Shown here in pieces: positions 8,651 to 15,508 of a stretch of 26,116 bases of DNA. The notes under the pieces were generated by a model. It had not been told where the DNA came from, did no database searches, and saw only the letters and a list, made by a program, of their open reading frames with translations. The position numbers and the translations under genes are program-made. The stretch comes from a virus (Duplodnaviria; Caudoviricetes). The DNA is taken from positions 1 through 26,116 of IMG/VR virus record IMGVR_UViG_3300044840_000036; one strand, 5' to 3'. Each line of letters opens with the position of its first letter. The stretch's first letter is position 1.

Positions 8651-9937
8651 TCAGAAGTACGTCGCCCGCACTGGCTCACGCTCGCTTGGCAACGAGACGA
8701 TCCGCATCAGGTCCATCTCCGCCGCCGCATACCAGTTCGGATCAGCCTTGACCCCGCATTCCGGCGCCAGCAGGGTAGCCGCCATCAGCACTAGGTCTTC
8801 TTCAGCCCAGCTTGGGATATCAAAAATTCCCCATCGCGCCCGGCCACGTGCTTCGAGGGAATACTGCACCGCGCGGACCTTCTGCTCCGCCAGGGCCTGC
8901 CCCGCCGGCCCGCCCATCGATACCTTTCGCACCCGGTCCTCAGCCAGCGCGAACGCCTTCGGGTCGGTTTCCCTGCCAAATTCGTTGCCGAGTTGAAGGC
9001 CCGCCAATGCGGCCATCGCTTCACCGAGTGACGCCGGAATATGATCGGAGTCCCAGGACACCAGGCCGAGCGCATTGATTTCCGCCTGCACCGCCTGCAC
9101 TTGCCCGGTTGCCCGCGACAACGCCCCGCGAATGACCGCCGCGCGCCGGACCGTGGCAATCGCGCTATCCCACGCGGTCTTATCGGCGGCTCGGCCTTGA
9201 GCATCCTGTTGATAGCCATAGATCGGCGCCAGCAGAACGGCGGTCATCTCGACGTAGGGCTGCGCCAGCGCCAGCGGAATATTACCCACGTCCCATGCCA
9301 CGAGCGCGGCAGCATTGAGCACTTCGTGAACTTCGGCGACCTTTAAGACCGCCAACGCCTGACCCGGCGCACCGGATAGGACCTGTACTCGGACCATCGC
9401 TTGCGCCGCAGAAAACGCCTCCGCGCTGGCCGGCTTGCCGAACTGCGGCCCCAGAAGGTTCGCCGCCATGATGATGTAGAATTCAGCGACCGCGGCAGGC
9501 ACCGTCGCCGCGGTCCAGGTGACGTAATCCGCCCCGGCGAGGATATCATGCACGTCGTTCACCCGGGCCAGGGCTTCGGCCTGGTCAGTGGCGGATGGGG
9601 TTTCGTCCGAGGCGATGACGGTGAGTTTGAGCAAGGCGGCGGTAGCGAGTGCGGCGGCGGCGAACGTAGTCCCGGTCGCGGTGCCCAAACCGATCGGGGC
9701 AGGGTTGATGCCGACCGCGCGGAGAGCACGGGATGCGATTTCAGCCTGGGCGATAATACCGGCAGGGGGAGGACGGTCGGTTTCGGCGACTGGAAGGCCG
9801 AGATCGAGCAGCACCCTGGCCGCGACATCAGCGGCGGTCATCACGGCACCGGAAGCCGGACGCGATGCGTCAGCGACGATAGCGATGCCGAGTTTTCGAA
9901 GTGCGCGGGCGCCGAGCTGGGCTACGGTCGCGGTCAA
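8651..9937 (-). CDS. Head-tail adaptor (P22 gp4-like) with four-fold internal repetition
   Basis: TTG start after AGAGGAGG. RALxxLG helix four times, V..V...L......W....[IV]P...A..L...[FYC]G unit four times, IASDETPSATD loop, C-terminal RATYF. Lies between capsid and gp10. Confidence 0.75.
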   Translation of the reverse strand: MTATVAQLGARALRKLGIAIVADASRPASGAVMTAADVAARVLLDLGLPVAETDRPPPAGIIAQAEIASRALRAVGINPAPIGLGTATGTTFAAAALATAALLKLTVIASDETPSATDQAEALARVNDVHDILAGADYVTWTAATVPAAVAEFYIIMAANLLGPQFGKPASAEAFSAAQAMVRVQVLSGAPGQALAVLKVAEVHEVLNAAALVAWDVGNIPLALAQPYVEMTAVLLAPIYGYQQDAQGRAADKTAWDSAIATVRRAAVIRGALSRATGQVQAVQAEINALGLVSWDSDHIPASLGEAMAALAGLQLGNEFGRETDPKAFALAEDRVRKVSMGGPAGQALAEQKVRAVQYSLEARGRARWGIFDIPSWAEEDLVLMAATLLAPECGVKADPNWYAAAEMDLMRIVSLPSEREPVRATYF

Positions 9938-10188
9938 GCTCCCTCCTCTTCATGCCATGGCGCCTTGTCTTCTTCGACTTTGAACGGCGCTGCGTTGGTG
10001 TCCCTGACCCAGGCGTTCCAGGTGCAGAGCGTCACCCAGCGTTCACCTTCGGCGCCCTGCCCGTCCCTGACGTAGAGCACGCCGCCGTTATGGCCAGGCG
10101 CATGCGCAAGTGGGGTGCGAAAGCGCGACGGCCGGCTTTCCCCTTCCGCCGCCCAGGGTTTGCCGAGTTCAGGATGTGGCTCGGTCAT
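9934..10188 (-). CDS. Hypothetical protein
   Basis: 84 aa ORF with TAAGGA RBS; its stop overlaps the next start (TTGA). Confidence 0.6.
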   Translation of the reverse strand: MTEPHPELGKPWAAEGESRPSRFRTPLAHAPGHNGGVLYVRDGQGAEGERWVTLCTWNAWVRDTNAAPFKVEEDKAPWHEEEGA

Positions 10189-10199
10189 GATCGTTGTCC

Positions 10200-10718
10200 T
10201 TACCTCGTCGGCTGTGGCGGCAGAATGAGCTGATGGTTCGGCTCGGTCTGTTGGAAGTATTGCTGCAGGTCGCCGGGGCCGTGAAACTGCAAGTTCGTCG
10301 CCCCCGGGGTAAACGTCCCGGACTGTCCATCCCCGGTCCAGGTGCCGCCTTGGTTGCCATCCACCCCGTGCAGGTTCGAGAAGGTCGAGAACGTCGGGTG
10401 GTTGGGCTTTTTGAACTCATCGCCGCCGTGACCGTTGGGTGCGAACTGCGCCCCTGACTTCCAGAACCCCCGCATATCGTAGTCATAGACATCCGCCGCC
10501 GGGTTGCGCCCGCCTTGGGCCTCCTGTTGCTGGCCCCAGGCTTGGAACGCGGCCTCATCGGCCGGGGATAGCGGCGTGTTATAGCGCGCCGTCATGTCGT
10601 ACGGGTCCGCCTGGACCGGCTGCGGTGTTGGCGCTGGCTGCATCGGCTGCGCAGCCAGCAGGGCATTCGGCGGGAGCGGGGTGCCGTCACCAAGATCAGC
10701 CAGGGCATTCAGCGGCAC
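10200..10718 (-). CDS. Phage hypothetical protein (YNT.L / DYD.RG / KKPNHPTFS domain)
   Basis: GTG start after TAAGGA. Pro/Gln-rich N-terminus then a globular aromatic/His-rich domain. Confidence 0.7.
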   Translation of the reverse strand: MPLNALADLGDGTPLPPNALLAAQPMQPAPTPQPVQADPYDMTARYNTPLSPADEAAFQAWGQQQEAQGGRNPAADVYDYDMRGFWKSGAQFAPNGHGGDEFKKPNHPTFSTFSNLHGVDGNQGGTWTGDGQSGTFTPGATNLQFHGPGDLQQYFQQTEPNHQLILPPQPTR

Positions 10719-10834
10719 TTCGCGTTGTCCTTATTGCGTCCGTCCGGGCGCGCCCGCCCCGGAAGGGCCGCCGGCGCGATAGGTCCCCGGACGGATAGCG
10801 GGGCCACATTGGATCGGCCCGCTACGGGGTAGAA

Positions 10835-11272
10835 TTACGCCGGCTTTTTCGCCGCTCGGGCGATCCTGGCCGCCTGAGCGTCCGCATGCGCCTTGGCAAC
10901 GGCCGCGGCCTCCGCTTCGTCGATCTCATCGGTGCCGGCGATCGTGGTGGCATCGGCCGCCGCGACCGCGGTGGTGCCCTCGACGACGTGACCCGCCGCG
11001 ATTGCCTGATCCCGCGCCTGGGTGTTGAGGCCGATATCGCCGTGAATCCCACCCCGTGCCGCGGCTTGCGCATCGCCGGTCAGGATCACTTGCGCGCCTT
11101 GTCCCGGGGGAGACAGCCCGGGCGGTAGCTGCGCTTCCGCACCCGCCGGCGCGGCCGGTTCCATCAGTTTGCCGGGTTCATCCGGTGCCGTCGGTCCAGC
11201 AGCCGCCGGAGTGGGTTGTGACTGGGCGCGGGCCTGCTCGGACTCGTCCGGGCGGTCGGATTTGCTAGGCAT
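10835..11272 (-). CDS. Ala/Pro-rich hypothetical protein
   Basis: Likely start ATG 11272 after GAGGAG (145 aa, MPSKSDRPDES...). The track's 11398 start overlaps the upstream gene. Confidence 0.65.
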   Translation of the reverse strand: MPSKSDRPDESEQARAQSQPTPAAAGPTAPDEPGKLMEPAAPAGAEAQLPPGLSPPGQGAQVILTGDAQAAARGGIHGDIGLNTQARDQAIAAGHVVEGTTAVAAADATTIAGTDEIDEAEAAAVAKAHADAQAARIARAAKKPA

Positions 11273-11573
11273 GGGCTTTTCTCCTCGTATCGGCGCGAGC
11301 GGCCGGGGTTGGTGTGGGTGGCTCGACGTGCGTCTGTTCAGTGAACCAGGTTTCGAACATGGCGTTGCGCTGGACCGAGAAACTCCCGTCCGGGCCATGC
11401 ACGATCCAGTCCTCGTGCTTGCATTGCCGCACCCCGTCGCCAGTCATCACCTCGATGATGCCACCCGCCCGATGGCCCCGCACAGCGAGGCGGAACGCCT
11501 CCGGCATGAGGTGAAGATGGCCATCGTACTGGAACGCGGTGACGATCACGGGCTTGGCGACGAAGCGCGGCAT
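11265..11573 (-). CDS. Phage protein of the K.PV.(I/V).A.Q...DWI..G..G family (possible Acb4-like nucleotide sponge)
   Basis: MPRFVAKPVIVTAFQYDG...IEVMTGDG...EDWIVHGPDGSFSVQRNAMFETWF matches a widespread small phage family. The sponge function is from recollection and unverified. Confidence 0.6.
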   Translation of the reverse strand: MPRFVAKPVIVTAFQYDGHLHLMPEAFRLAVRGHRAGGIIEVMTGDGVRQCKHEDWIVHGPDGSFSVQRNAMFETWFTEQTHVEPPTPTPAARADTRRKAHA

Positions 11574-11593
11574 GTATTACCCTTATTCGTTAC

Positions 11594-12718
11594 TTATACG
11601 TCGGCGACCGAGCTTGTGTACATGGTGAAGACTCCTTGATCCACCAGTGTAGTCGTGTCAACGGCGGGATCTCTTCCGAAACAGAGTTTTCCGATCCCGC
11701 GCAGCTCCTGGACGCCCACGCCGTGAAAGTAGCCATAGTCGCGGACGTTGGTTGTTGTATGACTCCGTTGCGCCCAGCCGGCACCGATAGCTTGAGCCCC
11801 GCACAGGTAAGAAGCGGCGGCGTCGATACCCGCGGTCCCTACACCCGTCAGCACTGGCAACTCCGGGATCTCCCGACATATAATCCCATCCCACACCAGA
11901 TCGCCACCGGAGAACATCGGATTTGCCATCCAGTCGCCTTCACGCGGCCGGCCGTTGGCGTTGGCGCTCAGTACAGCCGGATCGTTCCTGAAGTCGCGGA
12001 ACACCAGGCTTGGCATGAACGCGACGAACCATTCCTGGTCGTTGGTGTCGTTGGTCATGATCGGGCGGATATGCGGCGATGCGGTCTGCGCCTGACGCTT
12101 GCACAGCGAGAGGAACGCGCCGCTCATCTTGTCGTTGGTGTTGTCGAGCGTGGCCAGCGCGGTCGCCATCACCCCGGCGGAGAAGTTCGCCGCCGCCGCG
12201 CCGAACCTGACCCGGTCGGAATTACTCGCCAGCCACAGATTGCGCTGCGCCGCGGTCGCCGCGGTGTACGGGACGAACACGCCGGACGAGATGTTCACCG
12301 CCGACAGCGCGATGATGATATCGCCGCGCAACTTCTCCATCGACCAGTTCTGCAGCGAGGTTTTCGCCGCGTCACGCAGGTCGATGGTGGACTTCTGCTC
12401 GTCCCATTCCGACACCGAGACGGCGTGGCGGATCGGCGCGACAACCAGCTTCATCGAGCGCTGGTCGAGGATTTCTTCGTTACCTTCGAGCACGGTGTTG
12501 CCGGTGACCCCGGCCCCGACCAGACGGCGGACGGCGGCGAAGGTGATTGAGTCACCGTTCTTCGTGGTCAGGCTGTCCTTGACCTGGATCATCGAGGACT
12601 CGGTGGTGCCCATGTACTTCTTGAAGCGGTTCTTCCTGATATACTCTGCGAAGAACTGCTTGTCCCATAGTTGCGGCGTCAGACCGGCTCTGGCCGGCGT
12701 GATGTTCATGTCTGCCAT
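11594..12718 (-). CDS. Major capsid protein (DUF4043/N4-gp56-like)
   Basis: 374 aa, WDKQFFAEYIRKNRFKKYMG, GDSITF...LVGAGVTGNTVLEGNEE, NPMFSGGDLVWDGIICREIPE. Directly downstream of the scaffold gene. Confidence 0.92.
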   Translation of the reverse strand: MADMNITPARAGLTPQLWDKQFFAEYIRKNRFKKYMGTTESSMIQVKDSLTTKNGDSITFAAVRRLVGAGVTGNTVLEGNEEILDQRSMKLVVAPIRHAVSVSEWDEQKSTIDLRDAAKTSLQNWSMEKLRGDIIIALSAVNISSGVFVPYTAATAAQRNLWLASNSDRVRFGAAAANFSAGVMATALATLDNTNDKMSGAFLSLCKRQAQTASPHIRPIMTNDTNDQEWFVAFMPSLVFRDFRNDPAVLSANANGRPREGDWMANPMFSGGDLVWDGIICREIPELPVLTGVGTAGIDAAASYLCGAQAIGAGWAQRSHTTTNVRDYGYFHGVGVQELRGIGKLCFGRDPAVDTTTLVDQGVFTMYTSSVADV

Positions 12719-12759
12719 GTTGGCGTCCTATACTAGATCAATTGGGGAGTTTACTTGGA

Positions 12760-12852
12760 CGCCCGATCTAGGAGCTCGGCGGCAGCGCGTCAGACCCGAC
12801 CTGACCTACGGGGTATCGAGAACGCCCGTTGCCTTGCGGCACCCCGGCGGCG
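12760..12852 (-). promoter_or_regulatory. Capsid leader with two copies of the YGCCGCCGRG-Nx-CGGGCG hairpin motif
   Basis: Copies at 12823-12852 (inner TGCC-GCAA-GGCA tetraloop hairpin) and 12760-12784. Confidence 0.6.
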
Positions 12853-12873
12853 GGGTTGTATTGCGGTAAAATC

Positions 12874-13707
12874 CTACTTCCGCACCGAGAGAATGTCGTC
12901 GAAGCTCTCAGCGATATTGATCACCGGCGTTGACCTTGGCCCGGCCGATCGCGCGGTGCCGAGGCTTTGCGGCAGTTGGATCCGGGTTGCGGCAGCCGGT
13001 TGCTGGGTCCCGGCGAACTCGGCTTCAAGCTTCGCGCGTTCTTCGGCCGCAACCTTCGCGCGGAACGCTTTAACGTCACCAATCTCAGCCCGCTCCGCTT
13101 CCTCCGTGACGTAGTCATAGGCGAATTTATACGGGTGGCGGTCCTTCTTGAGTTTTTCCGCCAACGCAGGGTCGGCCGCGGCGAGCTCCTTGAACCGGGC
13201 TATCTTGGCGGTAACGTCGGCGTCGTCGCCGATCTGCGCACGTAACCGGTCCTCAGAGTTATCCAACCGGTCTGAGAAGCGTTTGATCTCGAATTGCCGC
13301 ACCAGGTAGTCGTGATAACCCTGCGGATCCTCGATCATGTTCGGGATCGCGACCGGCTGGGTTTGCGGTTGAACCACGGGTGCTACGGGAACAGCGGGCG
13401 GAGCTTTGCGGGCGGCTTCCAGTTCGGCCCGGATCGCCGCCATCTCGCCTTCCAACCGGTCGGCGCGGCCTTTGTGGTCGTTGCGCTTGGCCCGTTCGGC
13501 CTGGATCGCCGAACGCAAACCGGCGACGTCGTCCGGCACCGGGTGGTCGGTATCGGTTTCCTTTGGCTCGACCGGGGGCGCCGGTTGAGTCGACTCCCCC
13601 GGCTCCGCGGCCGGCGATCCCTCTTGGGTCGGTTCCGCGGCGGACGGCGGATCAGCCTCCGCCTGCCCGGTGTCTTCCCCGAGGAAATCGTCGAGTTCTT
13701 TGGCCAT
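12874..13707 (-). CDS. Capsid scaffolding protein
   Basis: 277 aa, acidic/Pro-rich N-terminus (LDDFLG), coiled coil AIQAERAKR, PNMIEDPQGY, C-terminal SFDDIL. Between portal and capsid. Confidence 0.85.
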   Translation of the reverse strand: MAKELDDFLGEDTGQAEADPPSAAEPTQEGSPAAEPGESTQPAPPVEPKETDTDHPVPDDVAGLRSAIQAERAKRNDHKGRADRLEGEMAAIRAELEAARKAPPAVPVAPVVQPQTQPVAIPNMIEDPQGYHDYLVRQFEIKRFSDRLDNSEDRLRAQIGDDADVTAKIARFKELAAADPALAEKLKKDRHPYKFAYDYVTEEAERAEIGDVKAFRAKVAAEERAKLEAEFAGTQQPAAATRIQLPQSLGTARSAGPRSTPVINIAESFDDILSVRK

Positions 13708-14027
13708 CAGTGAATACTCCCCGTAACCACGGGTTGGATGTCACCTTTGGCTTCAGCGGCCTTGACGTGGTCGTAAGCGAATTTCCACGGATGCCGGTGC
13801 TTGTTGAGGCGCTCGACCAACTGCGTATCGACATAGGCCATGCCCTTAAATGCCGATATTGCTGCGTCCACAGCAGCGTCATTGGCGAGCTCCCGGCGAA
13901 GCCTATCCTCTGATCGGTTCAATTTGTCATTGAACTTTCCGCGGGCGACTTCTTCCTCCGCGCTCAGAGGCGAGACTGCTGAGCGCAGCTTTTCCGGTGC
14001 AGCCTTGGTGTCCGCTTGTTTGGCCAT
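13707..14027 (-). CDS. Stand-alone paralog of the scaffold core domain
   Basis: 31/57 ungapped identities (counted by eye) to the central scaffold segment F.D.L..SEDRLR...RHP.KFAYD.V. AGGA RBS; stop overlaps the scaffold ATG. Confidence 0.8.
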   Translation of the reverse strand: MAKQADTKAAPEKLRSAVSPLSAEEEVARGKFNDKLNRSEDRLRRELANDAAVDAAISAFKGMAYVDTQLVERLNKHRHPWKFAYDHVKAAEAKGDIQPVVTGSIH

Positions 14028-14044
14028 TGAAGGTATCCTGGAAA

Positions 14045-14128
14045 CGCCCGAGAGAGCCCGGCGGCGGCTGTGCTGTGCGCGACGTCAGCTAACGCGCGGA
14101 AGCGCCCGGATAGTGTTCCCCGGCGGCG
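14045..14128 (-). promoter_or_regulatory. Scaffold-pair leader with two copies of the CGCCGCCGGG-Nx-CGGGCG hairpin motif
   Basis: Copies at 14103-14128 and 14045-14066, ending 17 nt before ATG 14027. Confidence 0.6.
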
Positions 14129-14197
14129 GGAAGCAGCGTTGGCCCGGTAGCGTTGGCCCCGTGCTGCGCGGTATGGGTGGCATAATGGAGGTAGAAA

Positions 14198-14491
14198 ATG
14201 AATCCCGTGGAAGTCGATTGGGTGAGAACTTTAGAGGTCGCGCTAAACAACAACTTCCTGATGGACTCGCCGAAAGGCAAAACCGCGTACGCTTTCGGAA
14301 TTGTGTATGCGTTACGCAGGCTGCAGGGGAAGTGTGACGACTCGGAGTGGGAGCAACTACGCGAAGAGGCTGCGGAATTCAGCCAATCCTATATGGCCGA
14401 GTCCGTGCGCCGTCAAAAGGCTACCCGCGAGATGATCGCCGAAATGGAGGCTTCTGCAGCCAAGTCGTCGCCGAGACGGGACGGGATCTAA
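14198..14491 (+). CDS. Hypothetical helical protein, antisense to the late operon
   Basis: 97 aa with a strong GGAGG RBS before the ATG; fills the intergenic gap without overlapping minus-strand genes. Confidence 0.65.
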   Translation: MNPVEVDWVRTLEVALNNNFLMDSPKGKTAYAFGIVYALRRLQGKCDDSEWEQLREEAAEFSQSYMAESVRRQKATREMIAEMEASAAKSSPRRDGI

Positions 14492-14496
14492 CGTCG

Positions 14497-14985
14497 TTAC
14501 TGTAACCAGCGCGTCGCGGTGATCGGGCGGAACGTCACGTCGGTATTGGTCAGCATGGTGAACGCAGCATTTGCCGCGCCATCGGTGCCCAGCGCGGTTT
14601 CAACCGTGGCGCCGATCGAGGGGAAGATCAGGCACGACCCGCCGGAGCGGTTCATGATGGTGATTGGCTCGTAGCGCTGCACGCTCGGCAGGGTTGGCCC
14701 CGTCGTCCCCGAGCAGGTGGTGATCACCGTGGCCTTGGTGGTGATCACCGTGCCGCTGGTGACCTGGCCGTTGGTCCAGGCCGCCTGCGCGGTTGATGTC
14801 GCGGGGACGACAAGAGCCGGGGTCAGCGAGTCGGTGTTGAAGCCTTGCGCGTCGGTGTTGGCGGCGAAATAGCCCGGGTTGATCGCGCCCCCTGCTGACA
14901 TCCCGGGCGGGGCGTTGGTGGTCTGCGCGAAGGCGCCCGGGACGAGGGCGAGCGCGGCGACGGCAGCGAGAAGCAGGCGTTTCAT
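14497..14985 (-). CDS. Thr-rich protein with predicted signal peptide (putative virion accessory protein)
   Basis: MKRLLLAAVAALALVPGAFA|QTT. C-terminal G.TLP...IMN...LIFP..G...W domain resembles that of 7474..8379. Confidence 0.75.
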   Translation of the reverse strand: MKRLLLAAVAALALVPGAFAQTTNAPPGMSAGGAINPGYFAANTDAQGFNTDSLTPALVVPATSTAQAAWTNGQVTSGTVITTKATVITTCSGTTGPTLPSVQRYEPITIMNRSGGSCLIFPSIGATVETALGTDGAANAAFTMLTNTDVTFRPITATRWLQ

Positions 14986-15308
14986 GGTGGGGTTCCTTTG
15001 TCAGCGTGTTCAGCGATAAGCCGGGCTTTGATGGCCTCCATGCCGCCCAGCAGCATGTAGACGTCGCCGCCATCTTCGTCGGACAGCACATCGGCCGCCT
15101 CGACCCAGGCCATGTTGCCGTCGTCACGTTCGATGCGAACAACCATCGCGAAGCTGCGCACGTCACCCTTGCGGGCTTTGTCCAGCATGTGGATCAGCGT
15201 GCGGATGAACCGGTTGTCCTTCAGTTCGGTTTTCAGAATGCTGATATCAGCGCCGGCCTTGGTGCGGACTCTGCTGACGCGACAACCGGGGTGGTTGGCC
15301 TCGGTCAT
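14982..15308 (-). CDS. Hypothetical protein
   Basis: Likely start ATG 15308 (ATGA overlap), 108 aa MTEANHPGCRV...; stop overlaps the next ATG. Confidence 0.6.
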   Translation of the reverse strand: MTEANHPGCRVSRVRTKAGADISILKTELKDNRFIRTLIHMLDKARKGDVRSFAMVVRIERDDGNMAWVEAADVLSDEDGGDVYMLLGGMEAIKARLIAEHADKGTPP

Positions 15309-15508
15309 TGCCCAGGTATGGGCGGTGGCTGGTTGGCCTGCTGCTCTGCCAGCCCATGTTCGAGCCGGTGCCATTCCTGTCGCCATCTGGCGATCATCCG
15401 CCGCATCGGATCGACCTTTTCATCGGCGATTGGCTGCGATAACGTAATCACTGTCGCCGAACCGGTTGTGAAGGTAACCGTCAAACCGAGAGCATCCGCA
15501 TCGCTCAC
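15305..15508 (-). CDS. Hypothetical protein ending in a copy of the portal C-terminal peptide
   Basis: GTGA overlap with the portal stop. C-terminus HGLAEQQANQPP versus portal HGLAVQQANEPP. Confidence 0.5.
   Translation of the reverse strand: MSDADALGLTVTFTTGSATVITLSQPIADEKVDPMRRMIARWRQEWHRLEHGLAEQQANQPPPIPGQ

Noticed and set aside
12760-14128. Repeated CGCCGCCGGG...CGGGCG units considered as a CRISPR mini-array
   Set aside because: Variable internal length, two separate pairs, no regular spacers and no cas genes. Kept as a candidate leader motif instead.
14716-14752. 16 bp direct repeat GGTGGTGATCACCGTG containing a palindrome
   Set aside because: Only two copies, in frame within a CDS (TVITT twice). 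A local coding duplication, not CRISPR or a supported operator.
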